Assembly: GCA_963665845.2 (NCBI GenBank)
Contig: OY762492.1
Coordinates: forward strand, 480,001-544,000
DNA: 64,000 nt
Origin: Candidatus Poribacteria bacterium
GTDB lineage: Bacteria; Poribacteria; WGA-4E; GCA-2687025
Reading direction: 5' to 3'
The notes under the pieces were generated by a model, which ran no database searches, was not told the origin of the DNA, and was given only the letters and a program-made list of their open reading frames with translations. The translations under genes were made by a program, and so were the position numbers. Below are positions 29,346 to 40,483 of this stretch, piece after piece; position 1 is the stretch's first letter, and every line of letters starts with the position of its first letter.

Positions 29346-30767
29346 ATGAAGATAGACGACCGCGAGCTGTTGCGCGATGTGGAGAAGATGCCGCTGGAGG
29401 CGCGCGCGGCGCTGGAGAAGACGCGCGTCGCCAAGGCGGAGCGGCGGCTCGGTCTCGCCCCGTTTGACGGCGATTCGCCCCTGATCGAGAAGGCGGCGAA
29501 AGCGCGCCTTGAGGCGGCGAAGGAGCTGCAGAAGGTCCGTTATCCTGCTCGATATCGACGCGCCGCGTCCGACCTTAAACAGAAAGGGGCGGGGTTCTGG
29601 GCCGCGCATCAGACCTTGTCGCCGCTTGAGGCGCTGGTCTCCATGGAGCTGGGTCTGGAGCCGTTTGAGGCGGAGTCGCCGGACGCCGACGCCGCGTCCG
29701 CCGTACGCATACGTTTTATGACCGAACTGCATGAGATGGATTCTCTGCCGGCGGTTCAGGGTCGGCATCTTTCTTCTTGGCGCCGCCGCGCGATCCTCTC
29801 CAGTTTAGCGAAACAGGAGGCGGATTTCTGGTTGAAGGTTCAAGACAGGACAGCGGCGCGGTTGTATAAAACGCATGCGCTGGAGACGCCGCCGGCGGAC
29901 CTTGTCCCGTTTGATGTTGTCAGCCGGGTTGAGCATGAAGCGGCGGAAGCGTATGCGCGCCTGATGGACGAGCTGCATGCCTTGCCGACAAGCCGTTTGA
30001 TGGAGCTTGAGCGCATAGATACCTTCATGCTTCAGCGAAGCGGCGGGGCATTGTATCCCGATACGCTGCTCAATAAGGGGGCAGAGTTCTGGTATGCGCA
30101 TCGCGATTTCACCGCCGAAGAATTGATTGCGTCGGTGGAGGAAAATCTGACGCCGTTTTTGGGCGATACGGAGGAGACGCGCGCCGCCTCCAAAGCGCGC
30201 GCCCGCCTCATCGCAGAGATGCGCGATCTGAAGGGAAGAGAGGGCTATCTCGGTACGCCGCTATACAGGTCAGCGTTCAACCTCAAGCAAAAGGAGGCCG
30301 CGTTTTGGTATGCGCATCGCGATTTCAACGCTAAAGAATTGATCGTGTCGCAGTTTCTGGACATAAAGCCGTTTCAAAGCGTTTCTCCAGCGGCGCAAAC
30401 CGCCTCCAAAGCGAGAGCGCGCATCTTCGCAGAGCTGTATGATCTGCGATGGGCTGAACATCAAATCACGGGCAGGTACCAGCAGATCGTAACGGCGCTG
30501 AAGACGAAAGAGGCGGATTTCTGGTATGCGCATCAAGATTTCACCGCGCTTGAGCTGCTTGAATTGCATTTTCCGGAAGCGGAACAGAAGGACCGTCCGG
30601 CGTCAAGGGCTATGCGGTTGCGATGGCCCTATCTCACTTGGACGGCCGTCGGATTGGCGGTTGCAACGACGATCATGTGGGGGTTCGGCGCGCTGGCAGC
30701 CGCCGCCTATCTCATTTTATTTTTATTGGTTGTCGTTGGGTTTGTGTCGGACAAGTTAGGGAATTGA
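29346..30767 (+). CDS. Hypothetical protein with ~70-80-aa internal repeats and C-terminal membrane anchor
   Basis: Five copies of K.A.FW..H.DF.A.EL-like motif; two terminal hydrophobic helices. Confidence 0.8.
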   Translation: MKIDDRELLRDVEKMPLEARAALEKTRVAKAERRLGLAPFDGDSPLIEKAAKARLEAAKELQKVRYPARYRRAASDLKQKGAGFWAAHQTLSPLEALVSMELGLEPFEAESPDADAASAVRIRFMTELHEMDSLPAVQGRHLSSWRRRAILSSLAKQEADFWLKVQDRTAARLYKTHALETPPADLVPFDVVSRVEHEAAEAYARLMDELHALPTSRLMELERIDTFMLQRSGGALYPDTLLNKGAEFWYAHRDFTAEELIASVEENLTPFLGDTEETRAASKARARLIAEMRDLKGREGYLGTPLYRSAFNLKQKEAAFWYAHRDFNAKELIVSQFLDIKPFQSVSPAAQTASKARARIFAELYDLRWAEHQITGRYQQIVTALKTKEADFWYAHQDFTALELLELHFPEAEQKDRPASRAMRLRWPYLTWTAVGLAVATTIMWGFGALAAAAYLILFLLVVVGFVSDKLGN

Positions 30768-30780
30768 TGAGGCTCACCGC

Positions 30781-30814
30781 CCTTTAAACCCCCCTAGCCC
30801 CCCTTTTCAAGGGA
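30781..30814. repeat. CCCCCTAGCCCCCTTTTCAAGGG hairpin-family repeat
   Basis: Matches copies at ~8057, 17773, 34247, 37328, 40303, 45877, 50987. Confidence 0.75.
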
Positions 30815-30819
30815 AACGA

Positions 30820-32073
30820 TTAGGGCAAGGCGGGAAGGTCGGCTTTTCTTCTTGACCGCATATTTTCAAGACGCTCCAGAACCGCTTTCGCGCTGACGAC
30901 GCCCTTATAGGAAAGCAGCTCGCTCGGCAGCTCTTCGTCCAGCGCCTCCTCGCTCACCCGCAGGCGGCTGCTGAACGCAAAGATAACAGGCTCCTTCATT
31001 CCCGCCTCCGCCAGCTCAACCCGCCGCCAGACCGCCTCGCGGCTCCAGTACCCCAGCGCCTCCAGGTAGACGCGGAACGTCTCCCCCTTGCGCGTGAACG
31101 CGAGATCGGGAACGCACAAGCCGACGCCCGGCATGTCCAGCAGCTCCCGCGCCGTCTCCACCTCCCACTCCGATTCTAGCGCCTGAAACCGCTCTTTCAG
31201 CTGCTGTATCTCGTCCGCCAGCCGCTCGTCGTCCCGCCCGGCGCCGATTTCCTTTCCCCCTTCCAGCTCAAACAGGTACGGCTTCGGGTTCGGCTTCCAG
31301 ACGATGTCGGCGCGCATCTTCCATTGCCCGCACTCGTCCAAAACGGGCAGCATGAGCGCCAGTTGCAGCCCGTATGCGGTCGTCAGCCGAAACAGGCTGA
31401 ACGGACCATCGATCTCCACCTCGTATCCGCCGCCTTCCAGCTGGCGCGCCGTGTACAGCAGACGGCGGAATTTCAGCTTGCGAAAAAAGAGACGCGCCCC
31501 GCCGGGGTCAGGCTTTGGAAACTCGATCGTTACGCGGGCGGCGCGCAGCAGTATCGCCTGTTTCTGCGCCGTTTCATACGCATTCAGAAGGCTCTCCGCG
31601 TCGATACGCTTGAACTGCGTCAACAGATGGTTCTGTTTTAGGTCGGCAAAAAGCGCCGTTTCCGCCTCCTCTGGCGCGAGATCGAATTCGGCGCCTGTCG
31701 ATGCCAGCAGCGCGTCGGCGTCAAACTGATCAGGCGTCTCTGCGTTTCGGCGAATTTCAGCGGCGCGGGAAAAGACAGCGCGGCGCAGCTCTGACGGCTC
31801 CACGCCCCCTTGCGATTTAAAGCGCGATTCAAAAACGCACCTGTCTTCGATCAGCTTGCGCAGCCCTTTCACGATCTTATAGTCGGTGGGGCGGGCGGGC
31901 GCCTCGGCGCATGCCGCTTCAAATTCGGCGCGCGTCTTTTCAACGCATTCCTGCGCGGAGCGCGTCAGATGCTCGGCGGCGGGCAACAGCCGCTCTCGGT
32001 CTTTCGGCGTCAAAAGGATCGGCTCAATGCGTCCGTTCCGCCGCCGCGCGCGCGTCAGATCACTCGTAAGCAA
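30820..32073 (-). CDS. DUF790 / Bax1-like endonuclease
   Basis: MLTSDL start (TTG), LFADL, IDGPFSLF...YG, VPDL.F, YLEALGYW; overlaps helicase stop. Confidence 0.85.
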   Translation of the reverse strand: MLTSDLTRARRRNGRIEPILLTPKDRERLLPAAEHLTRSAQECVEKTRAEFEAACAEAPARPTDYKIVKGLRKLIEDRCVFESRFKSQGGVEPSELRRAVFSRAAEIRRNAETPDQFDADALLASTGAEFDLAPEEAETALFADLKQNHLLTQFKRIDAESLLNAYETAQKQAILLRAARVTIEFPKPDPGGARLFFRKLKFRRLLYTARQLEGGGYEVEIDGPFSLFRLTTAYGLQLALMLPVLDECGQWKMRADIVWKPNPKPYLFELEGGKEIGAGRDDERLADEIQQLKERFQALESEWEVETARELLDMPGVGLCVPDLAFTRKGETFRVYLEALGYWSREAVWRRVELAEAGMKEPVIFAFSSRLRVSEEALDEELPSELLSYKGVVSAKAVLERLENMRSRRKADLPALP

Positions 32074-33430
32074 TGTGCGACCTCCGCCGTTTGCTCGCAT
32101 GCATCTCGGTTGTATCGTTTGCGACGATCTCGTACAGAACGGCTGTTTTGTCCTCCTGCTTGCGCAGAATGCGTCCAAGCCGCTGAACATGCTCCCGCGT
32201 CGTTCCGCTGCCGGAGATGACGATCGCCACGTTGGCGGAGGGGATGTCGACGCCCTCGTTCAGCGCTTTGGAGGCGATCAGCGCGTTGTAGACGCCGTCC
32301 GCAAAGTCTTTCAAGATGCGAGTCCGTTCCGACACTTTCGTTTGATGGGTGATGATCGGCGCCAGAAAGCGGCGGGAGAGCGCATGCGCCGCGCTGTTGC
32401 GTTCGGTGAACAAGAGAGCGCGGTCGCGGCGGTGCTTCCACAGCAGCTTTTCAACATGGTCCATCTTGGACGGCGCCGCCATCGCCAGTTCGCGCCTTCG
32501 CTGGTACGCCGCCATCGCGCGCCGCCCCTCCGCGCTGATCGATGTGCGGATGATAAACTGGCTCCAGCCCTCTCTTGTGGACATGCGTATGCCCTGCTTC
32601 ATGACAAAATCGCGGTATGTCTTTTCCGCTTCATCATATTCTTTCCGCTCCTCGTCAGAAAGCTCCACGAAGTATCGGATCGTTTCATATTCGGCGAGGT
32701 ATTCTCCCGACAGATCCACAATGCTTTTTCGATACGCGACCGGCCCGATCAGCGCCTCAAGCGCGGCATGCTTTCCGTCCTGGCGCTCCAGCGTCGCCGT
32801 CAAGCCCAAGCGAAACGGGGCGATGCAGCGCTGCGCAGCGCGCGAATAGATTTCGCTCGGCAGATGATGGCATTCGTCAAAAATGACCAGCCCGAAGCGC
32901 GCCCCGATGTTCTCCATGAAACGATGAGCGGAGTCATAGGTCGTAACGGTGATGGGCTGAAGGTCGTAGTCGCCGCCGCCGATGACGCCGATTTTTCGTT
33001 GGAACCTGTCGGCGAGCGTCATGCGCCACTGCGTTATCAGGTCCAGCGTCGGGGCGACGACGAGCGTATCGCGCCGGGCGGCGTCCATCGCTAGAAGGGC
33101 GGCTTCCGTTTTGCCGGAGCCTGTCGGCAGGACGACCACGGCGCGCCGCTGAGACGCTTCCCATGCCTTCACCGCCTCCGTCTGGAACGGGCGCGGCTCT
33201 CGGCGTATCTGGAGTCCCTTTTCGAGTTCGCCGTATTGGCGCGCTTCGTCTTCGTACGGTATTCGGTTTCGGAGAAGGGCAAGCGAGACAGGCGCGTATG
33301 CAGAGCCAGGGGCGCGGTACAGATTTTCCCGCTCATCCCAGAGGCATGCGCTCGGAAGCGGGGGCGACTCGGAACGTTCAAGCCCGCGCACCACGATGGC
33401 GCCCGCGTCAAAATGCAGCGAGACGGTCAA
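32060..33430 (-). CDS. XPB/Rad25-like SF2 helicase
   Basis: RPFQ, LPTGSGKT, DECHHL, LGLTATLER, LNEGVDIP, VQRLGRILR. Confidence 0.92.
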   Translation of the reverse strand: MTVSLHFDAGAIVVRGLERSESPPLPSACLWDERENLYRAPGSAYAPVSLALLRNRIPYEDEARQYGELEKGLQIRREPRPFQTEAVKAWEASQRRAVVVLPTGSGKTEAALLAMDAARRDTLVVAPTLDLITQWRMTLADRFQRKIGVIGGGDYDLQPITVTTYDSAHRFMENIGARFGLVIFDECHHLPSEIYSRAAQRCIAPFRLGLTATLERQDGKHAALEALIGPVAYRKSIVDLSGEYLAEYETIRYFVELSDEERKEYDEAEKTYRDFVMKQGIRMSTREGWSQFIIRTSISAEGRRAMAAYQRRRELAMAAPSKMDHVEKLLWKHRRDRALLFTERNSAAHALSRRFLAPIITHQTKVSERTRILKDFADGVYNALIASKALNEGVDIPSANVAIVISGSGTTREHVQRLGRILRKQEDKTAVLYEIVANDTTEMHASKRRRSHIAYE

Positions 33431-33499
33431 ACGCTTTTCCTCTCCAACGATACTTCACGGCGTTTTCTAAGCATGATACTTAATCTGGGCAGTTGAACG

Positions 33500-33645
33500 A
33501 ACAAAACCTTTCTTTGTGGGAAACGGTTTCGCCAACCAAATCGTCATTCCCGCCCCCCACTTCGTCATTCCCGCGTAAGCGGGAATCCAGAGGCGCCGCA
33601 GAAACCGTCTGCCTTCGCATGCCGACATGTCGCAACTAAAGACTC
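33500..33645. repeat. Degenerate MITE with REP and tandem half-REP
   Basis: CGTCATTCCCGC-N9-CGTCATTCCCGCGTAAGCGGGAATCC...CATGTCGCAACTAAAGAC. Confidence 0.8.
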
Positions 33646-33663
33646 AATCTCAATAATTTCGAC

Positions 33664-33692
33664 TTGATTGCCGTTGGACGTTCGGTTATACT
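33664..33692 (+). promoter_or_regulatory. Sigma70 promoter of tRNA gene
   Basis: TTGATT-17 bp-TATACT, 9 bp before the tRNA. Confidence 0.7.
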
Positions 33693-33701
33693 CATCTGTG
33701 T

Positions 33702-33778
33702 GGCTTCGTAGCTCAGTCGGTCAGAGCGAGCGACTCATAATCGCTAGGTCCTCGGTTCAAATCCGAGCGAAGCCACCA
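33702..33778 (+). tRNA. tRNA with CAT anticodon, non-initiator (elongator Met or Ile2)
   Basis: GGCTTCG/CGAAGCC acceptor stem, AGCGA-CTCATAA-TCGCT anticodon arm, GTTCAAATC, CCA end. Confidence 0.95.
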
Positions 33779-33792
33779 TCTCCGCCTTTCGT

Positions 33793-34134
33793 TTAGTTTC
33801 CGCGCCGTTTGCTGTCGATTTCGGCGACATGCTCGGCAAGTATTTCTTTCGGCGCCATGCGCAGAAAGACCCATCCCGGCAGCAGAATCACAAGCCCCGC
33901 CGCGACGAGAATGTCGTCAAACTTCCCGACGACAGGCACAAAGTCCGCGTCCATTTTCCAGACAAAATACGCGGTTGAAATGAGCAGCGCCGCGAATCCC
34001 GCCAGAACCGCCGCCGCTTTATGGTGGATCGGAACGCGCGAGTCTTTCCATAACGCGCGAAAAAGGCGCGCAAAGTTCGGCATATGATAGAGCAGCCGCG
34101 CGATTTTAAGCCCAGGGCCGCCGGTGAAGATCAT
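33793..34134 (-). CDS. YkvA/DUF1232 family membrane protein
   Basis: KDSRVP...K, DFVPVVGKFDD; AGGAG RBS before 34134. Confidence 0.8.
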   Translation of the reverse strand: MIFTGGPGLKIARLLYHMPNFARLFRALWKDSRVPIHHKAAAVLAGFAALLISTAYFVWKMDADFVPVVGKFDDILVAAGLVILLPGWVFLRMAPKEILAEHVAEIDSKRRGN

Positions 34135-34246
34135 CGTCGCTCCTAACATGATGCGCCTATGCTCATTGTAAATAAAACGGATCAAACGCGCAAGACAGGC
34201 GGGCGGCAGTACGCTCATACGGGGATATTCTTGGCGCCCGCGTCCA

Positions 34247-34390
34247 ATTCCCCCTTGAAAAGGGGGCTAGGGGGGTTTCAGCGCGGCAGTTGCGCTGCCT
34301 TAAGATTCCCGCGCGTTTTACCGCAAGGGCGGAATGACGCTGCGCGCGGGAATGACGCCGAGGGCGGAGATGACGCCGATGCGAAAATGC
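34247..34390. repeat. Hairpin-family repeat plus degenerate REP and half-REP run
   Basis: TTCCCCCTTGAAAAGGGGGCTAGGGGG; several GGAATGACGC units. Confidence 0.75.
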
Positions 34391-34422
34391 GGCATACTTC
34401 CGCAAGAAAGGCGGAGAAGCGT

Positions 34423-35229
34423 ATGGCGCGCATTGCAATCGTGACGGATGAAATCAGCGGAGATCCGATCACCGCCGTGGAGCTGGGGCTTGAATGGGGC
34501 GTCCGTCGGTTTGAGCTGCGCAGCGTCTCGTCGGGGCGGCTGCCGTTTGTCTCCGATGCAGACCTGCGCAAGCTGGACTCGCTCGCGCGCCGCGGCGATA
34601 TAGAGCTGACCGTCATGTCGCCTGGCTTCTTCAAGGCGCCGCTCGACAGCGATGTTACGCGGCGGCAGCTGGAGGAGGGGCTTCCCCGCGCGATAGAGCT
34701 CGCGCACCGCCTCGGCATTCTGAAGATCGATTTCTTCGCCGGCAGAAAAAAGAGCGGCATCCCTAGAGCGGACGCCCACCGCAAAGCTGCCGACCTGCTG
34801 CGCCGGTGCGCCGAAGCGCTGGCGGACGCCGATCTCGGCATGCTGCTGGAAAATGAACATATCTGCTGGGCGGACACCGGAACGAACGCGAAAGCCATTC
34901 TGGACCTGACTGACCATCCGAACATGTCGCTGAACTGGGACCCTTGCAACGTTGTCTGGGCGGGCGGGTCGCCGTTTCCGCGCGAGTACGAACTAGTAAA
35001 GCCGCATATCGGACATCTGCATATTAAGGATACGGCGCGCGGGCGGTTGGGGCGTTTCCACGGGGCGCACATCGGCGAGGGGGAGGTCGGATGGGGCGCG
35101 ATTCTACGAGCGTTCGTTCAGAGCGGCTGGGACGGACTCTATACTGTCGAGACGCATTTTGAGCCGAAAGTCGCCGCGTCCAGGCGGTGCGTCCAGAACC
35201 TGCGCCGTCTGCTGATTGAGGCGCTTTAA
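34423..35229 (+). CDS. Sugar phosphate isomerase/epimerase (AP endonuclease 2 TIM barrel)
   Basis: TDEIS, LLENE, WDPCN, HLHIKD, GEGEVGW, VETH. Confidence 0.88.
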   Translation: MARIAIVTDEISGDPITAVELGLEWGVRRFELRSVSSGRLPFVSDADLRKLDSLARRGDIELTVMSPGFFKAPLDSDVTRRQLEEGLPRAIELAHRLGILKIDFFAGRKKSGIPRADAHRKAADLLRRCAEALADADLGMLLENEHICWADTGTNAKAILDLTDHPNMSLNWDPCNVVWAGGSPFPREYELVKPHIGHLHIKDTARGRLGRFHGAHIGEGEVGWGAILRAFVQSGWDGLYTVETHFEPKVAASRRCVQNLRRLLIEAL

Positions 35230-35248
35230 CCCAAGACAAGGGGATGGA

Positions 35249-35403
35249 TGACCTCACGTCTTAAGTTGGGACATGTCGGCATGCGAACGCGGACGTCTTC
35301 TGCGGCGCCTCTAGATTCCCGCTTACGCGGGAATGACAAAATGAGGCGTCGGGAATGACAAAATGAGGCGTCGGGAATGGCAAAATGAGGCGTCGGGAAT
35401 GGC
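35249..35403. repeat. MITE arm + REP followed by 22-bp tandem repeat (3 full units)
   Basis: TGACCTCACGTCTTAAGTTGGGACAT...; GGGAATG(A/G)CAAAATGAGGCGTC at 35329, 35351, 35373. Confidence 0.88.
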
Positions 35404-35442
35404 GGTTTGCCGGGTTTCCGCGTTCCGCTGTTTATGCCGCGC

Positions 35443-36333
35443 TCACTCTTCCGCGTCAGGCTCTTTTTCCATGTTGAACGGCGGATCTATGCTGCGGGCT
35501 TGACCTATCCATGACGGAAGGCCGTTTTCAAGCGGATAGCTCCATGCCGTTTCATACAGGCGCGCTGTGAAAAGGGCGGCGGCGCGCATGCGTTCCACCG
35601 CAAACTCGCGCGGCAGATTCTCCTCATGATCGTAGACAAAATCGATCAGCTCGCGCGAGGCATGAATCTCTTCCACGATGCCTTTAAACAGATCCTCAAA
35701 CGGCTCAACAGGCTCCGTCAGCGCGAAATCGTCCGCGGTCAGCTCCAGCTTTTCAGGCAAGCCGTCCACCTTCGAGTGGATGCCCGTATGCGGCGAGGAG
35801 CCGTCCGGGTTCGCCCTGCCGTCGTAATGCACGGTGCAGTGAAGCGGGTTGCACAAATCCACCGCGTAATGGGACAGAACGCCCGCGATATAAAGCGCTT
35901 TGAACCGAATATACAGGTTGTCGGGAAAGCGGCGATGCTCCTCAAACGCAAACGCGAGCCGCTGCGTCCATTCCATGATCGCGTACGGAGCCGTTCCCGT
36001 TGTGGCGGGATTGATGCGCAGCTCTTGGCACAGGCGGTAGTATGCATAGCGCGTCTTCGGCAGCGCGCGTCCTTTCAGCAGCTCCAGATCGATAAAGTGT
36101 TCAGGGCGCTCCGCTTCTCTTAAGGCGGGGGCGGCGCGCCCGCGTATGATGTCGGGGTCGATGGATGCATGCGCGATCATCCCTTCGCCCTCTCGGAAAA
36201 ACACCGGGAGCTGTTCAGACGGGGCGCGGACCGCCGCTTTAGACGCTTCCACATGCGCCCCCGACCACCACGCTTCAGCGGAAAACGGAGCGGCGGCAAA
36301 GACGACCGCGAAAAGCAAGACAGCGCGTTTCAT
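35443..36333 (-). CDS. Exported phospholipase C / S1-P1 nuclease fold protein
   Basis: Signal peptide then W....H; DPD, EHFIDLE, SHYAVDLCNPLH, IH. Confidence 0.8.
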   Translation of the reverse strand: MKRAVLLFAVVFAAAPFSAEAWWSGAHVEASKAAVRAPSEQLPVFFREGEGMIAHASIDPDIIRGRAAPALREAERPEHFIDLELLKGRALPKTRYAYYRLCQELRINPATTGTAPYAIMEWTQRLAFAFEEHRRFPDNLYIRFKALYIAGVLSHYAVDLCNPLHCTVHYDGRANPDGSSPHTGIHSKVDGLPEKLELTADDFALTEPVEPFEDLFKGIVEEIHASRELIDFVYDHEENLPREFAVERMRAAALFTARLYETAWSYPLENGLPSWIGQARSIDPPFNMEKEPDAEE

Positions 36334-36344
36334 GGCGGATCCTT

Positions 36345-36785
36345 TCATCGTTCAGCCGAGGCGTTCTCTTTAGGCGGCCATTCAGCAAAGAGCTTCTGAA
36401 TGCGTTTCTGTATCTCATCGCGGACGGCGCGAAACCCGTTTAAAATATCGTCGTCGGTACCGCCTTTTCCCGCCGGGTCGGGGAGGGGCCAGGCGGCAAG
36501 TTTCACGGGGCGCGGAAAGACGGGGCATACCTCCTCCGCGCACAGCGTAACCGCCATATCGATCTCGTCAACAGGGATGTCGTCCACGCCTTTAGAGTAC
36601 TGGCCGGACGGGTCGAGACCGATCTCTTTGAGCGCCTTGACAGCGTACGGGTTGATTCGGCTGGGGCGGCTGCCGGCGCTGAACACCTGTACGCCTTCGG
36701 GCGCGGCGTTTCGGGCGATCGCTTCAGCCATCTGGCTTCGCGCGGAATTGGCGACGCACATAAACAGCAGATGCGTCATGTTCAT
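36345..36785 (-). CDS. arsC: Arsenate reductase, thioredoxin-type (LMW-PTP fold)
   Basis: CVANSARSQMAE, TLCAEEVCP, WPLPDP. Confidence 0.85.
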   Translation of the reverse strand: MNMTHLLFMCVANSARSQMAEAIARNAAPEGVQVFSAGSRPSRINPYAVKALKEIGLDPSGQYSKGVDDIPVDEIDMAVTLCAEEVCPVFPRPVKLAAWPLPDPAGKGGTDDDILNGFRAVRDEIQKRIQKLFAEWPPKENASAER

Positions 36786-37198
36786 TTCTCCGATTCGTTT
36801 TGCAGAAAGCCAATCTCGCGCAGGTGCTGCGGGTACAGCTTCATTGCCGGCTTCATCAGCGGTATCAGCTCCATCATTTTTTTAAGGGGTCCGCGGTAAG
36901 CGATGCGCCCGGCAAGCGTTTCCGCCAAGATGTTCAGCTCGCCGAGCCAGAGGCGGTGCGCGGCGTCGGCGGACATGCTCAACTCAATGTCGGGCGCGGG
37001 TCCTTGATCGCCGAAACGTATCTCGTTGACGCCTTTGCGCGTGTCGATGACGATGACGGCGTCAGGGTCGCTGCATCGAAACCGCGCGACCAAGCCCGCG
37101 TCGGCAACATGCTTGTAAAGTTCAGGGTCATGCTTGATCTTCAGCAGCATACCGCCGACGCAAGCATAAAACTGATCTGAATCCTTAAAAACGCCCAT
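36782..37198 (-). CDS. SCP2 sterol-binding domain protein
   Basis: PDIELSMSADAAHRLWLGELN...G.I..RGP pattern. Confidence 0.75.
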   Translation of the reverse strand: MGVFKDSDQFYACVGGMLLKIKHDPELYKHVADAGLVARFRCSDPDAVIVIDTRKGVNEIRFGDQGPAPDIELSMSADAAHRLWLGELNILAETLAGRIAYRGPLKKMMELIPLMKPAMKLYPQHLREIGFLQNESEK

Positions 37199-37274
37199 TG
37201 AGCATCGTCTCCTTACGCTGTGAATCGACTCCAAGAGAAAGTGTAGCGTTGCGAGCCGCATTTTGAAAGTTTAT

Positions 37275-37511
37275 GTCCGATTCCCCTTTGAAAGGCGTAC
37301 GCGGACATCTCCTGCGGCGCCTCGTCCGATTCCCCCTTGAAAAGGGGGGCTAGGGGGGTTTAAGGCGCGGACAGTTCCTGCGGCGCCTCTGGATTCCTGC
37401 TTGTGCAGGAATGCATGTCCTCGCGGAAGCGGGAACGGCTTGGTTGGCGGCGCCTTTCCCATGAATAAAGGCTTTAGTCGTCCAACTGTCCAACTTTCAG
37501 CATGAGGTCAG
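37275..37511. repeat. Hairpin-family repeats plus reversed MITE left arm
   Basis: Two CCCCTT(T)GAAA(A)GG units; REP variant ATTCCTGCTTGTGCAGGAAT; ends AGGTCAG. Confidence 0.85.
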
Positions 37512-37586
37512 GCGGCAACATTTGCATAAAAGCCCGCTATCGTTTACCATATAAACGCAAGCGACTCGCGTTAACAAGGAGAGACG

Positions 37587-38993
<1,407 letters not shown>

Positions 38994-38995
38994 AC

Positions 38996-39595
38996 ATGGA
39001 ACCTTTTGTTGAACATACAGGTCTCGCCGCCCCGCTGGACGCCGCCAACGTCGATACGGATCAGATCATCCCGAAGCAGTTTTTGAAGCGCATCGAACGC
39101 GCCGGCTTTGGACAGTTTCTCTTTTTTGACTGGCGCTTTAAAGACGACGGCTCCGAAAACCCTGACTTCTCTTTAAACAAGCCTGAATACCGCGGCGCGT
39201 CCATTCTGATTGCGGGCGCCAACTTCGGCTGCGGCAGCTCGCGCGAACATGCCCCCTGGGCGCTTCTGGATTACGGCTTCCGCGTTCTGATTGCGCCTTC
39301 CTTCGCCGACATTTTCAGAAGCAACTGTTACAAAAACGGCATTCTTCCCATCGAACTGAACGCGGATGACGCCGCCCGTCTGCGCCGTCAAGCCGAAACG
39401 CGCCGCGGATTTCAGTTGACCGTCGACCTGCCGAAGCAGACCGTTTCGGACCCTGACGGCAAGACGTACACGTTTGAGATGGACTCGTTCCGTAAGGAGT
39501 TTTTGTTAAAAGGGCTGGACGACATCGGCTGGACGCTGCAGTTCGAGGACGCCATCGCTGAATATGAAAAGAAGCGCGACGCCCTTCCCGCCTGA
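38996..39595 (+). CDS. leuD: 3-isopropylmalate dehydratase small subunit
   Basis: [29 protein letters not shown]. Confidence 0.98.
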   Translation: MEPFVEHTGLAAPLDAANVDTDQIIPKQFLKRIERAGFGQFLFFDWRFKDDGSENPDFSLNKPEYRGASILIAGANFGCGSSREHAPWALLDYGFRVLIAPSFADIFRSNCYKNGILPIELNADDAARLRRQAETRRGFQLTVDLPKQTVSDPDGKTYTFEMDSFRKEFLLKGLDDIGWTLQFEDAIAEYEKKRDALPA

Positions 39596-39653
39596 CCGGC
39601 GGAAGCGGCGTCATGCATAAAACGCTGGATTCGCGGGCGGAATGAAAGTTGGA

Positions 39654-39731
39654 TGGTGACCCCTACGGGATTTGAACCCGTGTCGCCAGCGTGAAAGGCT
39701 GGTGTCCTAGGCCAGGCTAGACGAAGGGGTC
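39654..39731 (-). tRNA. tRNA-Glu(TTC)
   Basis: Reverse complement GACCCCTTCGTCTAG...CCAGC-CTTTCAC-GCTGG...GTTCAAATC...GGGGTCACCA; upstream TTGACC-17-TAACAT (39779-39751). Confidence 0.96.
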
Positions 39732-39856
39732 ACGCCGTTTCTGGTCAATGATGTTAACCGCTTGCGCCGCAAGGGTCAACTTAAAATGCGAAAAATCCCG
39801 CTTTCCGCTGCGCAGAGGCGCATTTTTAAGCGGAAACGGACGAAAGGAGCGATACG

Positions 39857-40228
39857 ATGCGATACATAACGATCCCGATGGCTGCGTTGGCCGCCCTGTT
39901 CTTCATTTCATGCGCAGCCGCCCCGACAGGCTCCATGCCGCCGCCCGAAGAAGAGGAGCCTTGGGCGGAGGAGATACGGGAGGCGAAAAAAGCGGCGAAC
40001 AAAGAGGCGGAATACTTCGTCGTCCGCGTCAGAGAGCAGGGAGTGAGAGCGTTGGATGAACGAGCGCCGATCGTCGGGTATGAGCAGCAATGGCGAAAAA
40101 AGAAGCTTGAGTGGCTTGAGAAAGCAAGAGAGAAAGGGTTCACAGGGAGCGACGAGGAGGTGGAGCCGAAGTGGGCTGAAAAATGGAGGCAGCCCGGACC
40201 CAGAGAGCGGCGCGCCAATTCGGATTAG
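39857..40228 (+). CDS. Hypothetical lipoprotein
   Basis: AAGGAG RBS; lipobox-like LFFISC. Confidence 0.65.
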   Translation: MRYITIPMAALAALFFISCAAAPTGSMPPPEEEEPWAEEIREAKKAANKEAEYFVVRVREQGVRALDERAPIVGYEQQWRKKKLEWLEKAREKGFTGSDEEVEPKWAEKWRQPGPRERRANSD

Positions 40229-40482
40229 CGGCGCCTTAAGATTCCCGCTTACGCGGGAATGACCCCCGTTTTCACGGGGGCAGGCTAGGGGCGGCGCGTC
40301 CGATTCCCCCCTTGAAAAGGGGGGCTAGGGGGGTTTTCGCGGACGCGGACAGCGCCTGCGGCGCCTAAGATTCCCGTTTTCACGGGAATGACGAGGAGGG
40401 GGGCGGGAATGCATGTCCTCGCGGAAGCGGGGGACGAGGAGGGAGGCGGGAATGCATGTCCTCGCGGAAGCGGGGGCGGCGG
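40228..40482. repeat. Repeat mosaic with two REPs, hairpin repeat and ~43-bp tandem duplication
   Basis: REPs at ~40240 and ~40368; GCGGGAATGCATGTCCTCGCGGAAGCGGGGG twice. Confidence 0.88.
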
Positions 40483-40483
40483 C

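Noticed and set aside
33702-33778. Initiator tRNA-fMet
   Set aside because: Has a paired G1-C72 and lacks three consecutive G-C pairs in the anticodon stem; elongator Met versus Ile2 cannot be settled by eye
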